NCBI GenBank assembly: GCA_963677895.2
Contig: CAXXGJ010000018.1
Location: forward strand, 320,001 to 384,000
Origin: Treponemataceae bacterium
Lineage (GTDB): Bacteria; Spirochaetota; Spirochaetia; Treponematales; Rectinemataceae
Length of the DNA: 64,000 nt
Reading direction: 5' to 3'
Below the pieces are notes generated by a model. The model searched no databases. It was not told the DNA's origin and saw only the letters and a list, made by a program, of their open reading frames with translations. The position numbers and the translations under genes were made by a program. Positions 30,844 through 41,835 of the stretch are shown piece by piece (the stretch's first letter is position 1; each line of letters begins with the position of its first letter).

Positions 30844-31986
30844 ATGAAAAAAAAATTCTTTTTCGGTCTCACCACGTTACTTATAATCGTATTATTCGTC
30901 TTGGCGGGTTGCGCAACCACAGTCGGAAGTACCTCTAAAGTGGATACCTACACCCACGCTTCGGCCAATCCGAAAGGTATGTCGGGTTTCCCCGATAAAA
31001 CGCCACTCACGGGAGCAAAGCTCCAGGGCGCCTACGACTTCCTGGCGGATTCTTCCCACTATGCGTACACTCAGAAGGATCTGCCGTCTTTTAACTCAGC
31101 AAAATATCCCCACGGGTTTGACGAAAACTGGCGTTCTAAGTTAAACGGTCGTGTATACCGGGGCCCCTACTACGATCCCTTATGCAGGTCCGTTGACTGG
31201 CTCTCCATTAACCCCAATGGCACAGTGGACGTATCCCTTGGTTCCTATTGGGGCATGGTGACTCCGAATAAGGAACTTCCGGTCTCTGAATTACCGGGAT
31301 ATCAAAAATCGAGCAAGTATCAGATTTTTTCCTACAACTCCTCGGGCCAGATGACCAAGAACTGGAAAGAGCGCAAACGCGGTACCTTTGCTATAGACGC
31401 CTCCCTGGCTGAGTATTATGGCATCGAAGGCAACGGCGTTCTTCTCGTAGAAGTGGCGCTGAACCACTACACCGACGTTGTGGTTACCCCGGAACAGTAC
31501 TATGACGGCTTGCTGCCCGAAAGCTGGTCGATGGGCACCAATTTCGGTCTCAAGGCCATCAATCCTACTTATCCTACCTGGACAGAATTCTGGAAACTGA
31601 ACGAATCGCAGCAAAAGGACGTTCTTGCCAAAATGAACGGCGATGTCAAGGTCAAGGAATTACTGGCGACCCGGGGCTCCTATTTCTGGTTTGATGTCCT
31701 GCAGATCGTCAGCGTTACCAACCTGATCGGCTTTGAGTTTGAATCCGCCAATGGTAAAGTTAACGGCATCGACAAGGACCACGACGGGTTCCTGGATAAA
31801 TATCCTGCTGGCCACGAAAAAGCCGGCCAGCCAATCATCTCCAAAATGTCAAATCTTCGGGTACCCGAGTACAGCCTTTACCTGAACTTTAACGACGGCT
31901 GGTGGTACGACCGCTGGTCCACTCCCGGCCAGATTAAAGTCGTCTATGCCGACGGTACTGTCGTGTCGGATCCCAGAAAGAAATAA
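30844..31986 (+). CDS. hypothetical lipoprotein
   Basis: LAGC lipobox; strong RBS; DxDxDG motif. Confidence 0.8.
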   Translation: MKKKFFFGLTTLLIIVLFVLAGCATTVGSTSKVDTYTHASANPKGMSGFPDKTPLTGAKLQGAYDFLADSSHYAYTQKDLPSFNSAKYPHGFDENWRSKLNGRVYRGPYYDPLCRSVDWLSINPNGTVDVSLGSYWGMVTPNKELPVSELPGYQKSSKYQIFSYNSSGQMTKNWKERKRGTFAIDASLAEYYGIEGNGVLLVEVALNHYTDVVVTPEQYYDGLLPESWSMGTNFGLKAINPTYPTWTEFWKLNESQQKDVLAKMNGDVKVKELLATRGSYFWFDVLQIVSVTNLIGFEFESANGKVNGIDKDHDGFLDKYPAGHEKAGQPIISKMSNLRVPEYSLYLNFNDGWWYDRWSTPGQIKVVYADGTVVSDPRKK

Positions 31987-32083
31987 CGCACTTTCCCCGT
32001 GGCGCTTTTCGTGCCGCGGGGGCCGCGTTCTGGGCGCCTTTTCGTAAGGGCGCCCGGGGCGCGCAACAGCGGAGGAGATTATC

Positions 32084-32782
32084 ATGAAGTTGCGCACCTA
32101 TGCTGGGGCCGTATGCGTCTTGGCGATTCTCTTAATGGTCATTAGCTGCGCCAGCAATGCTAAAAAGCCGGCGGCTGAAAATCCCCGGGTGGCAACGCCT
32201 GTCATAGCGCAAAACCCGGACAGGTATTTTAATAACGAGCCCATAGTGATTACCCTAGCCACCGATACGCCCGACGCAGCAATTTACTATACCCTCGACG
32301 GGTCCATCCCCGCCGCGGAAAACGGCACCCTCTACGCTGGGCCTTTTAACCTGACCTTTGATAAAACAAAGAATACTGACTTTAGGGGCTACGTCCTACT
32401 ACAGGCCATTGCCGTTAAGGCGGGCCATCCCAACAGCGCCATGACCTCGCAGATTTTCCAAGTGTTCCCGGCGGAGCAAATCAAGGGCTTAGACGGAAAG
32501 CCGGTTACAGGCGGACCCGTGACCGGAACGGGCACCGGATATTACGCCCCGGTAGAGGTAACCTTAAGCCTGAGTAACGGGTATATAACCGACGTCAGAT
32601 TTATCAACGTGGACGACAAACAAACTGAAACGTTTTTTAACAAGGCCAGAACCTATGCGGCTGATTTTTTTAAAGTTATGAACTCCCCGGATTTTGTTCC
32701 CGCCGTATCCGGCGCTTCCTATTCCGGCAACGGCGTCGTGGAAGCCGCTAAAGACGCGATAAACAAAATCGTAAGTAAATAG
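32084..32782 (+). CDS. lipoprotein with Fn3-associated/CHB_HEX_C-like domain and C-terminal FMN-binding domain
   Basis: VISC lipobox; AIYYTLDGS.P...Y.GP; GTGYYAPVEV...VSGASYSG. Confidence 0.8.
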   Translation: MKLRTYAGAVCVLAILLMVISCASNAKKPAAENPRVATPVIAQNPDRYFNNEPIVITLATDTPDAAIYYTLDGSIPAAENGTLYAGPFNLTFDKTKNTDFRGYVLLQAIAVKAGHPNSAMTSQIFQVFPAEQIKGLDGKPVTGGPVTGTGTGYYAPVEVTLSLSNGYITDVRFINVDDKQTETFFNKARTYAADFFKVMNSPDFVPAVSGASYSGNGVVEAAKDAINKIVSK

Positions 32783-32800
32783 AATAATTTTAAAGTAATG

Positions 32801-32828
32801 AAGCCTCCCGCCCTGGAGGCTTTTTATT
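32801..32828 (+). terminator. intrinsic terminator
   Basis: AAGCCTCC-loop-GGAGGCTTTTT. Confidence 0.75.
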
Positions 32829-32995
32829 CCAAATCACAGTTCGCAAGCTCCGTATACTCCACACCTCCCCGGACAGGCCGGGACCGAAAATCAAGTCCGC
32901 TTTTGATATTATCAAATTTTGTTGAAAATCATCTTATCACTGTATTTATTGATTAAAATAAAAAAGGCTGTCATCTCTGACAGCCTTTCCGTTCG

Positions 32996-33178
32996 TGAAG
33001 GTGAGATGAATCGAACCTAAATATTTATATGGTATAGAGTTATATAGACTATCATAGAATGCTATGATTTCTTTCCCTAAAATGACTTATTTCTGCCAAA
33101 ATCATAATGAGCCTTCTGGCACGGTTCATCATAATCCTTGTTTTTAAGAAATATTGCTTACAGTATTGCTTACAGTAT
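32996..33178. repeat. att-like repeat family 2, copy 1 (degenerate tRNA 3' end plus TATTGCTTACAG x2)
   Basis: colinear with 33700-33878; preceded by hairpin AAAAGGCTGTCA/TGACAGCCTTT. Confidence 0.65.
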
Positions 33179-33432
33179 TTGATTAGTAACCTGAATTCCC
33201 GAATAATTATACCCCAGTTAGTTATTTAGATATATAATATAGAAATAGGAAATTAGTTAAAGGGTATATATTATACCCCTAGAAAACTTTCACTAAATAT
33301 AAGTGTATATAATAATTGGGAATAAAGACCATTGGGGTATAAAATCTCGGGAATGTAGGTAGTAAATATTATCATTTCGTTTTTTCTGGGCTATGTGCAT
33401 ATTCATAGAAGTCAATATGATTAAAACATCAT

Positions 33433-33593
33433 CTGCGCATTACGAGTGCAGTTTTTCTCTATCATGCAGTAGTTTACAATATGATGGTATTAATATAACT
33501 CTTTTCTGTCAATAGATATAGTTTCTATATCTTCACTCTTTATCACTTGGCTTCGCTTCTTATATCATGCATTTTTCACCAACTTTGCTACAA
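33433..33593. repeat. att-like repeat family 1, copy 2
   Basis: 18-bp exact core CTGCGCATTACGAGTGCA plus further shared blocks at constant offset to 14740-14900. Confidence 0.8.
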
Positions 33594-33699
33594 GCAGTGG
33601 AACTTATTCTCAAAATAATCTGTTTCATTGCTTTCAAATTAGACATTATAATTTGGTTAATAGTCTTTTTTGCTAATCATCCCTATTGGCTTAATCTTT

Positions 33700-33878
33700 C
33701 GGAGGCGATTGAATAAACCTAAATACATATATAATATACATTTAAATTTCTTTACGTGTTGTGTTGCTGATTCTTTCCCTAAAATGATTTCCTTCAACTT
33801 ATATCAAGTATAGCCTTCTATTATTGATTCTCTTCATTCACTTTTTTGAAAATACTGGTTCCAGTATGACTGACAGTA
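33700..33878. repeat. att-like repeat family 2, copy 2
   Basis: AACCTAAATA, TTCTTTCCCTAAAATGA, AGCCTTCT all 702 bp from copy 1. Confidence 0.65.
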
Positions 33879-34147
33879 CAATATGAACCGGCAAATGTTT
33901 TGTCACTAAAAGTATTGGAATTATTAAGAAAAACGAATAATCGCTGTCTACTAAGCCCTCAACTATTGAAATAGAATGCAGAAAAACTAATATAAAGAAG
34001 TATTGTTAGTTGAAGATCTGGAAATGTAGAGTTGGCAATATTTAAACCCAAAAAAAGTTGATTACGAGTGCTTTTTTGTTTGACAACAGTAAAAACCAGG
34101 ATTATTATACAATATAATGTAGCGTAGGCTATATTTTTATATCGAGA

Positions 34148-35365
34148 ATGTCGAATGCGTTTACTATGGAGATGTTAGGTATGAATAGGGTAGATACTCT
34201 CAATGGAAGGATGGAAAGTTTTCGTGGGAAAATGGATACAGCTGGAATAAATCTAGCTATTATAGTACGTCCTGTTGATATTTATCATTTCTCTGACTTT
34301 AACCCCATCAATTATAGTATGCAGAGCTTCGTACTTATTCCTCGATTCGGAGAGCCTTGCTTACTTCTTAACGCCGTTAGAGGACCTCGCTCAGATGAAC
34401 TATCTGGTATGCGGAACATTAAGCTTTATGGAAAGTGGAGTGATAACCCTTCGGTAGCTAAAAGCCCAATAGATGCTATTAAAATTATTGCTGAAAGCTA
34501 TAAGCTTGGGAAACTGCGGATTGGAAGTGAATTATCCTCTCTTATTCATACTAACTATTTAAAAATTGCTGATGCTCTCTGTGTGGAAGAGATCACTGAT
34601 ATCACTGAGGTAATGGATCTTGAAAAGTTGGTTAAAGATGACATGGCAATTGAACGATTGACGAACTGCGCCGATGTTTGTAATCACGGCATGAATATAA
34701 TGATAGAATGTCTTAGAGGTGGATCAACAGAAGCTGTGGCAACAATAGAAGCTAACTATGCTATGAAGAAAAAGTGGATCAGTGAATATCCCCAATATGA
34801 TATTACTGGTTTTGGTTCTACAGAGGCTTCAATTCAGGATGCGTTAATGACGACCTGTTCAAGTGGTATCCGAACAGCCTATGGAGCTGAAAGTGCTCGA
34901 GACTATAAACCAATATCCGGAGATCTTGTACTCCCGATAATTATAGGGAAAATGGGTGGATATTCAGTCGAGAATGAGAGAAGTCTGTATGTTGATCAAC
35001 TTGATGATTATCGAATGAAAGTTTTCGAAATAGTAATGGAAGCTAGAAATTCAGTTTTTAATATGATACGGCCCGATGTTACTTTTAGCGATCTATATCA
35101 TAGCGCGGCAAGCATTTTTGAAAAGCAAGGTTTCGGTGATTTTATGCCTGCCCGTATTGGACATGGTATGGGGCTAACTAATCATGAATATCCTTCAGTT
35201 GAAGCTGGGAATATGAGAAAATTGGAACCTGGAATGGTTTTCACTGTTGAGCCAGGATTAATGTCGAGTAAGTTCGGAGGAGTACGTCCTTCTGATACAG
35301 TACTAATTACAAAGGATGGTTTTAAGAATCTGACCAACACGGAAAACGGTATTTTAAGGATATAG
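34148..35365 (+). CDS. M24 (Xaa-Pro peptidase/creatinase) family hydrolase
   Basis: IGHGMGLTNHEYP, LEPGMVFTVEPG, GGVR. Confidence 0.88.
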   Translation: MSNAFTMEMLGMNRVDTLNGRMESFRGKMDTAGINLAIIVRPVDIYHFSDFNPINYSMQSFVLIPRFGEPCLLLNAVRGPRSDELSGMRNIKLYGKWSDNPSVAKSPIDAIKIIAESYKLGKLRIGSELSSLIHTNYLKIADALCVEEITDITEVMDLEKLVKDDMAIERLTNCADVCNHGMNIMIECLRGGSTEAVATIEANYAMKKKWISEYPQYDITGFGSTEASIQDALMTTCSSGIRTAYGAESARDYKPISGDLVLPIIIGKMGGYSVENERSLYVDQLDDYRMKVFEIVMEARNSVFNMIRPDVTFSDLYHSAASIFEKQGFGDFMPARIGHGMGLTNHEYPSVEAGNMRKLEPGMVFTVEPGLMSSKFGGVRPSDTVLITKDGFKNLTNTENGILRI

Positions 35366-35407
35366 CCGTAAGTTTTAGATTGAATCTTATAAGGAGAGGA
35401 GATTATT

Positions 35408-36931
35408 ATGAAGAACCGGGTATTCTTTTATTTCTGTATTGTTTCTATGTTCTTGGTTCCAATTAGCAGTTTTTGCCAAACAAAGAGCAATACTACCAAA
35501 TCAGAACTTGTTGTAGCAATAAGCCGTGAAATCACTTCGATGACTCCATATATGCCAGGGCTAGGTACTTTGGGTGCTAACCTTGCAAATCAAATTCATG
35601 ATTGCTTAATTCAACGCGCACCTGATGGGAGCATTGAGCCTGCATTGGTAGAGAGTTGGTCTATTCTGGATGATACTACTTGGCAGCTGCGTCTTCGAAA
35701 AGGAGTCACGTTTCATAATGGTGAGGTATTTAACGCTGATGCAATAATATTTACATGGAATTTTATCACCACTCCTGGTACTCCACTAACAAATTCAGCC
35801 GACCTTACAGAGTATATTAAAAGCATCGAAAAAAAGGATGACTATACAATCTTAATACATACGAAAGTTCCATATTCCGGTCTTTTGCTGCGCTTGGCGG
35901 CATTTCGAGCTTTTCCTCCTCAATACATGAAGGAACATGGATTGGCTTATTTTAATGAACATCCTATAGGGACTGGCCCATTTAAATTTGTTAGTAGAGT
36001 AGTTGATGAAAAAACTGCATTTGAAGCTTATGAAAAATATTGGGGAGGTTCGCCAAAAATAAAAAAATTGACTTTTGTTCCTATTGTTGAGCAGTCAACC
36101 CGAGTTGCTGCCTTGGAAGCTGGTGATATTGATATTATAAATGGTGTACCTACTAGCCAGGTTACCCGCTTGAAAAGTAAAGGTCTTGCCATTATATCAG
36201 CTAAAACCACACGTAGCTGCTATATAGGTTTCAACACTATTGCATCAAAACCTTTAAAAGATATTCGTGTTCGATATGCTCTTAATCATGCTGTTAACGT
36301 TGACGAGATAATTAATGTGATATTAGGAGGATATGCTTTTAAATTAGCTGATTGTACATTTAATCCAACATACACGGGCTATAGGACAGATCTACAGCAT
36401 TTGGAATTCAATCCTGATAAGGCAAAAAAACTTCTTGCAGAAGCGGGATATCCAAATGGTTTAAATTTGACTATGAGCTATGTTCCTGGACAAATATTGA
36501 ATGATACGGAAGTAGCACAAGTAGTGGTTGCACAACTTTCAAAGGTTGGTATCAATGTTTCTCTTTCAGAGGTTGAAACAGGTGTAAAAAACAAGCAGCT
36601 GCTTGATGACAGTATTGCCGATTTGTATATTGCGTCGCTTGGTGGTCCCCAGGCTGATGGTGATTTGATGAATTCAGTAGGCTTCGATACGAAGGGTCGT
36701 TATTCAACATGGGCAAACGCCGAATTAGATGCGCTAAGAGCAAAGGCAAATGCCGCAATGAATCCAGTTGTAGCTAAAAAATTGTGGGGGGAGTTGCAAG
36801 AAAAAATGTGGCGGGATGCACCAGGAATTGCTATGTACCAGGCATTTGAAATATACGCTTACAATCCCAAGCTAAAAAATTGGTTGCCTAAAGCTGATGA
36901 TCTTGGAGATTATTCTAAATGCTATTTTTGA
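35408..36931 (+). CDS. peptide/nickel ABC substrate-binding protein (family 5)
   Basis: LRKGVTFHNG, PIGTGPF, RVRYALNHAVN. Confidence 0.92.
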   Translation: MKNRVFFYFCIVSMFLVPISSFCQTKSNTTKSELVVAISREITSMTPYMPGLGTLGANLANQIHDCLIQRAPDGSIEPALVESWSILDDTTWQLRLRKGVTFHNGEVFNADAIIFTWNFITTPGTPLTNSADLTEYIKSIEKKDDYTILIHTKVPYSGLLLRLAAFRAFPPQYMKEHGLAYFNEHPIGTGPFKFVSRVVDEKTAFEAYEKYWGGSPKIKKLTFVPIVEQSTRVAALEAGDIDIINGVPTSQVTRLKSKGLAIISAKTTRSCYIGFNTIASKPLKDIRVRYALNHAVNVDEIINVILGGYAFKLADCTFNPTYTGYRTDLQHLEFNPDKAKKLLAEAGYPNGLNLTMSYVPGQILNDTEVAQVVVAQLSKVGINVSLSEVETGVKNKQLLDDSIADLYIASLGGPQADGDLMNSVGFDTKGRYSTWANAELDALRAKANAAMNPVVAKKLWGELQEKMWRDAPGIAMYQAFEIYAYNPKLKNWLPKADDLGDYSKCYF

Positions 36932-37034
36932 ATTAGCTTAGTGTGTTTTTGAGATACGACTGCATGAATTAAAATATGTAGTCGTATCTGTAGTTAGTAT
37001 GAAAACAAAACCGTAATAGAGGTAGTTGTAATAT

Positions 37035-37952
37035 ATGGTTAAATATTTTTTTAAGAGAGTTTGGCAAGCCATTATTGTTTTGTTTGGAGTAATCTCTTTT
37101 GTATTTATAATGTTACAACTTACAGGAGATCCAATATCATTTCTTATAGAACCAAATGCAACAAAAGAAGCTGAACAAGCACTACGAATTTCACTTGGCT
37201 TTGATAGGCCTGTTTATATACAATATTTAATATTCTTAGGAAATGCTATACAAGGAAATTTCGGAAATTCGTACTATTTCAATCAACCTGCTCTTTCACT
37301 TGTATTAAATAAAATGCCTGCTACGCTATGTCTAGCATTTTATTCTCTTTTAGTTGCTGTAATTTGGAGCATACCCGCTGGAATTATTGCAGCTGTCAAA
37401 CGTAACTCATTAGTTGATGCGTTAGTAAGAGTATTTTCACTCTTGGGACAATCTCTTCCTACATTTTGGCTTGGTATATTACTTATTCTTGTATTCGGTG
37501 TGAAGCTAAAATGGTTACCTACTTTTGGATATGGGAAATTCGTAAATTTTATAATGCCCGTTATTGCATTATCGACTCATTCAGGAGCTAGTATAGCACG
37601 CCTTATGAGATCTGGTATGTTAGATGTACTAAATAAAGAATATATTATTGCAGCCAAAGCAAAAGGTGTAAGTAAATTTGGTTTAATAACAAGGCATGCT
37701 TTTAAGAATAGTATAAATTCTGTTATTACAATAATTGGCCTCCAATTAGCTACTTTAATGGGAGGGTCTATAGTTATTGAAAATGTATTTTCTTGGCCTG
37801 GTGTTGGAAGATTGATACTTCAATCAATTCAAAAGCGCGATTTCATGGTTGTAGAAGCAGGTGTTTTTATTATTGCAGTATTTTTTATTGTTGTTAATTT
37901 GTTAGTAGATATGTCATATGCATTTCTTAATCCTCGTATAAGATATGAATAA
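37035..37952 (+). CDS. peptide ABC permease (OppB/DppB-like)
   Basis: PTFWLG, AKAKG, IENVFSWPGVG. Confidence 0.92.
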   Translation: MVKYFFKRVWQAIIVLFGVISFVFIMLQLTGDPISFLIEPNATKEAEQALRISLGFDRPVYIQYLIFLGNAIQGNFGNSYYFNQPALSLVLNKMPATLCLAFYSLLVAVIWSIPAGIIAAVKRNSLVDALVRVFSLLGQSLPTFWLGILLILVFGVKLKWLPTFGYGKFVNFIMPVIALSTHSGASIARLMRSGMLDVLNKEYIIAAKAKGVSKFGLITRHAFKNSINSVITIIGLQLATLMGGSIVIENVFSWPGVGRLILQSIQKRDFMVVEAGVFIIAVFFIVVNLLVDMSYAFLNPRIRYE

Positions 37953-38811
37953 TTTTGGGGAGAATATAATGTATTATCAGCTAAAAAAAAGTCCTACAGG
38001 TTTTATTGGTCTAGCTATAATTATTATATTTGTCATTGTAGCTTTTTTAGCACCGATAATCAGCCCATTTGATCCATCAGAACAAAATCTTACAGAAAGA
38101 TTACATAAACCAATTTGGGGAAATGAAAATTATTCAAGTATACATATACTTGGGACTGATCAGTTGGGAAGAGATGTATTAAGTAGAATTATCTATGGTT
38201 CACGTATAAGTATAAGTGTATCGCTTTGTGGAACAATATTTGGATTAATTTTTGGTACTATTATGGGAGCAATTGCTGGATATTTTGGGAAATTCATAGA
38301 TACAATAATTAGCAGAATTATTGATATACAACTTTCCTTCCCATTTATGTTAATCGCTATATTTGTTGCTTCAACTATTGGTCCAGGCATTATTAATATT
38401 ATTATAGTTGCAGGTATTACAAGTTGGGTTCGTTTTGCTCGAATAGCTCGAGCAGAAGTTCTTAATATTAAGAATCTAGAATATATTACAGCAACTCGTG
38501 CTTTGGGTGGGAAAAATATACGAATCATTCTAAACCATATTCTTCCGAATATTATTAGTCCTATCATTGTTATTGCTTCATTAGAAGTATCAAAAATTGT
38601 ATTGATGGAAGCCTCTCTTAGCTTTTTAGGTTTAGGTGTGCCTCCTCAAATACCAACTTGGGGTCGAATGCTTGCCCAAAGTATTACATATTTACAAACA
38701 GCTTCGTATTTGGCAGTTATTCCTGGCATTGCAATAACTTTATTAGTTCTTTCGTTAAATCTTTTTGGAGACTGGTTGCGAGATTACCTTGATCCAAAAA
38801 TAGCAGATTGA
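37945..38811 (+). CDS. peptide ABC permease (OppC/DppC-like)
   Basis: LGTDQLGRD, HILPN, SLSFLGLG. Confidence 0.92.
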   Translation: MNNFGENIMYYQLKKSPTGFIGLAIIIIFVIVAFLAPIISPFDPSEQNLTERLHKPIWGNENYSSIHILGTDQLGRDVLSRIIYGSRISISVSLCGTIFGLIFGTIMGAIAGYFGKFIDTIISRIIDIQLSFPFMLIAIFVASTIGPGIINIIIVAGITSWVRFARIARAEVLNIKNLEYITATRALGGKNIRIILNHILPNIISPIIVIASLEVSKIVLMEASLSFLGLGVPPQIPTWGRMLAQSITYLQTASYLAVIPGIAITLLVLSLNLFGDWLRDYLDPKIAD

Positions 38812-38834
38812 ATTCATACAAGTGAGGAAGAAAA

Positions 38835-39803
38835 ATGTTTAATTCGATATTATCAATCGAAAATCTCAGTATAGATTTTAAAATACAAGAAAAAATATAT
38901 CGTGCTGTTGATAATATTAGTTTTATTTTACATAAAGAAGAAAGGCTTGGAGTTGTTGGTGAATCAGGATGTGGAAAAAGCATAACTTGTAAAGCAATAC
39001 TTGGTTTACTCTCTAACAAGGCAGTAATATCTGGAAATATAATATTTAATAATGAAAACCTCATAAAATTAAAAGATAAACAATTGAACAAAGTACGTGG
39101 TTCTAAAATTTCAATGATATTCCAAGAACCAGTTGCTTCATTAAACCCAGTTTTTACAATAGGTTATCAATTGAATGAAGCCATCTTGTTACATCAAAAA
39201 GTTAATAAAAAAGAAGCTCATGAAATTGCGTTAGAAATGTTGAATCTTGTTAAACTGCCTCAAGCTGAACAAAGGATAAAGCAATATCCATTTGAGTTAT
39301 CTGGTGGAATGTGTCAGCGTGTAATGATTGCAATTGCACTTTCATGTAAACCTATGATACTAATTGCTGACGAACCAACAACAGCACTTGATGTAACAAT
39401 TCAAGCTCAAATACTCAACTTAATCAAACGCTTGAATTCTGAGTTAAAGACTTCACTCATACTTATTACACATGATCTTGGTGTAATTGCTGAAACCGTT
39501 GAAAATGTAATAGTAATGTATGCAGGAAATATTGTAGAAAAAGCTGAAGTCAATCAATTATTTCATAATCCTCTTCATCCGTACACAATTGGATTGTTAG
39601 CTGCAATTCCAAAAATTGAAAAAGAATCAAAAACGTTAGAACAGATACCTGGATTAGTACCATCAATTTTAAATATGCCTAATGGATGCAGGTTTAATAC
39701 TAGATGTAAACTAAAAATGGAATTGTGTAAAACTAAAAGTCCGCCAGAAATTGTTATAGATGGTCATATGGTGAAGTGTTGGAAATATGCGGGAGCTTAT
39801 TAA
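38835..39803 (+). CDS. peptide ABC ATPase (OppD-like)
   Basis: [17 protein letters not shown]-terminal Cys motif. Confidence 0.93.
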   Translation: MFNSILSIENLSIDFKIQEKIYRAVDNISFILHKEERLGVVGESGCGKSITCKAILGLLSNKAVISGNIIFNNENLIKLKDKQLNKVRGSKISMIFQEPVASLNPVFTIGYQLNEAILLHQKVNKKEAHEIALEMLNLVKLPQAEQRIKQYPFELSGGMCQRVMIAIALSCKPMILIADEPTTALDVTIQAQILNLIKRLNSELKTSLILITHDLGVIAETVENVIVMYAGNIVEKAEVNQLFHNPLHPYTIGLLAAIPKIEKESKTLEQIPGLVPSILNMPNGCRFNTRCKLKMELCKTKSPPEIVIDGHMVKCWKYAGAY

Positions 39804-40812
39804 AATGAATTTAGATAACATAATAAGAGATTCAAATATAAAATCAGATAATATATTGAATGTAGTTAATTTAAAAAAATATTTTCCAACTAAAAAAGGA
39901 GTATTTGGGTTAAGAAAAGAATATATAAAAGCTGTTGATGATGTAAGTTTTTATATCAAATCGGGAGAAACTCTTGGTCTGGTTGGAGAGTCTGGTTGTG
40001 GAAAATCAACTGTTGGGCATTCAATATTACGGTTAATTGAACCAACAGAAGGGAAAATTGTTTTTGATGGACAAGAAATAACAAATATTAATGGAAAAAA
40101 TCTTAGAAAGTTAAGAAATAAATTTCAAATTATATTTCAAGATCCTTTGTCTTCTCTTGATCCTAGGTTTACAATCGGTAGATCATTAAGTGAACCATTT
40201 GAAATTCAAAAAATATATAAAAGAAAAGAAATAAATGAAAAAGTTAAAGAACTAGTAGAAATAGTAGGGCTTAGTCAAGATAGTATTGGTAGGTATCCTC
40301 ATGAATTTTCTGGTGGACAAAAACAAAGAATTTGTATTGCACGAGCTCTTGCTGTTAGTCCAAAAATGATAGTTTGTGATGAGTGTGTTTCTGCTCTAGA
40401 TGTATCGATACAAGCCCAGATAATAAATCTTCTAGTTCAATTGAAAAATAGAAAAAATAGTTTATCTTATTTATTTATTTCACACGATTTGCGAGTAATT
40501 AAGCATATTTCAGATAGAGTCGCAGTTATGTATTTAGGAAAAATTGTAGAAATTGCCGAAAAAACTGATTTATTTAACAATCCAAAACATCCTTATACAC
40601 AATCACTTTTGAGTGCAATTCCATTTACAGATCCAAGTAAAAAAAGAGAAAAAATATTATTAACGGATGATATTCTTAGTTTAGCAAATATGACAAATGG
40701 CTGCAAATTTAATAATAGATGTTTTAAAGTACAAAAAATATGTAAAGAAACTGAACCGGAAATTAAACAATATGGTAACAATCATTATTGTTCATGCCAT
40801 TTTTGCGATTAG
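39787..40812 (+). CDS. peptide ABC ATPase (OppF-like)
   Basis: [20 protein letters not shown]; start uncertain. Confidence 0.93.
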   Translation: MRELIKMNLDNIIRDSNIKSDNILNVVNLKKYFPTKKGVFGLRKEYIKAVDDVSFYIKSGETLGLVGESGCGKSTVGHSILRLIEPTEGKIVFDGQEITNINGKNLRKLRNKFQIIFQDPLSSLDPRFTIGRSLSEPFEIQKIYKRKEINEKVKELVEIVGLSQDSIGRYPHEFSGGQKQRICIARALAVSPKMIVCDECVSALDVSIQAQIINLLVQLKNRKNSLSYLFISHDLRVIKHISDRVAVMYLGKIVEIAEKTDLFNNPKHPYTQSLLSAIPFTDPSKKREKILLTDDILSLANMTNGCKFNNRCFKVQKICKETEPEIKQYGNNHYCSCHFCD

Positions 40813-40836
40813 CAAGACGGAAAAAATATAAGGAGA

Positions 40837-41835
40837 TTGTTTATGATGGGGAAAATGACTAAAAGAGAACGGGTTGAAGCGGCACTTAACTTTAAAGAAG
40901 TAGACCGATTACCTATTAGTATTTGGTTTCATTTACCAGAGGTAGATCAAGATCCAGTAAGTCTTGCTGCTGCAACTATTTCTGTAAATAAGAAATATGA
41001 TTTTGATTTCATTAAAATGATGCCATTTGGAAACTATGGCGCTCAAGATTATGGATTGAGTGTTCGCTTTTATTGTACAAAGACACAACCAGCAAAGGAA
41101 ATAGAATTTTGTATTAAAGATGCTAAAGATTGGACAAATATTGAACCGTTACCGGCCTATTATGGGACTTATGGGAAACAAGTACAATTTTCACAACAAT
41201 TACAAAAGCAATTAAATGGAGAAGATATCCCATATATTCAGACTATATTCAGTCCTTTGACAATTGCAAAAAAATTAGCTGGACCTAGAATTTATAAAGA
41301 CATTAAGGAAAATCCAAAATATGTGCATCAAGCCCTTAAAGCGATTACGGAAACAACACGTAATTTTTGTAAAGCTAATATTGAAGCTGGAGTAGCAGGA
41401 TTCTTTTTTGCAAGTCAATGTGCTAGTTATACATTGATGAGCGAACTCGAATATGATGAATTTGGAATGAAGTATGATTTAGATGTTTTTAATTCATTTG
41501 AAAATAATACATATTTTAATGTAATTCACATTCATGGTGATAATACTATGTTTGAGAAACTTACTAAATATCCTGGTAATTGTATTAACTGGCATGATCG
41601 CTGGGCTTCTCCAAATCTTGAAGAAGCAAGAAGTATAACTAGTAAATGTTTATTAGGTGGAATCAACGAAAAGGAGTTTGTTGTAGCTGATCAAGAAAAA
41701 GTATATTCACATATTAAAGAGGCAGTAGATATGGCAGGGGAAAAAGGATATATGGTTGGGCCAGGATGTGTAGCAAAGTTGGCAACTCCAGAAAGCAATT
41801 TTTATGCTGCAAGAAAGGCAATAGAAAATATGTAG
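40837..41835 (+). CDS. uroporphyrinogen decarboxylase (URO-D/MtaA-like) superfamily protein
   Basis: MTKRERVEAAL, QTIFSP, IHIHG, LLGG, VGPGC. Confidence 0.8.
   Translation: MFMMGKMTKRERVEAALNFKEVDRLPISIWFHLPEVDQDPVSLAAATISVNKKYDFDFIKMMPFGNYGAQDYGLSVRFYCTKTQPAKEIEFCIKDAKDWTNIEPLPAYYGTYGKQVQFSQQLQKQLNGEDIPYIQTIFSPLTIAKKLAGPRIYKDIKENPKYVHQALKAITETTRNFCKANIEAGVAGFFFASQCASYTLMSELEYDEFGMKYDLDVFNSFENNTYFNVIHIHGDNTMFEKLTKYPGNCINWHDRWASPNLEEARSITSKCLLGGINEKEFVVADQEKVYSHIKEAVDMAGEKGYMVGPGCVAKLATPESNFYAARKAIENM

Noticed and set aside
32783..34147. CRISPR array, riboswitch or ncRNA in the long intergenic gap
   Set aside because: No regularly spaced repeats or recognisable riboswitch consensus; repeats fit att scars better
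40837..41835. hemE
   Set aside because: No heme-pathway context and lacks the W.MRQAGR motif; superfamily call only
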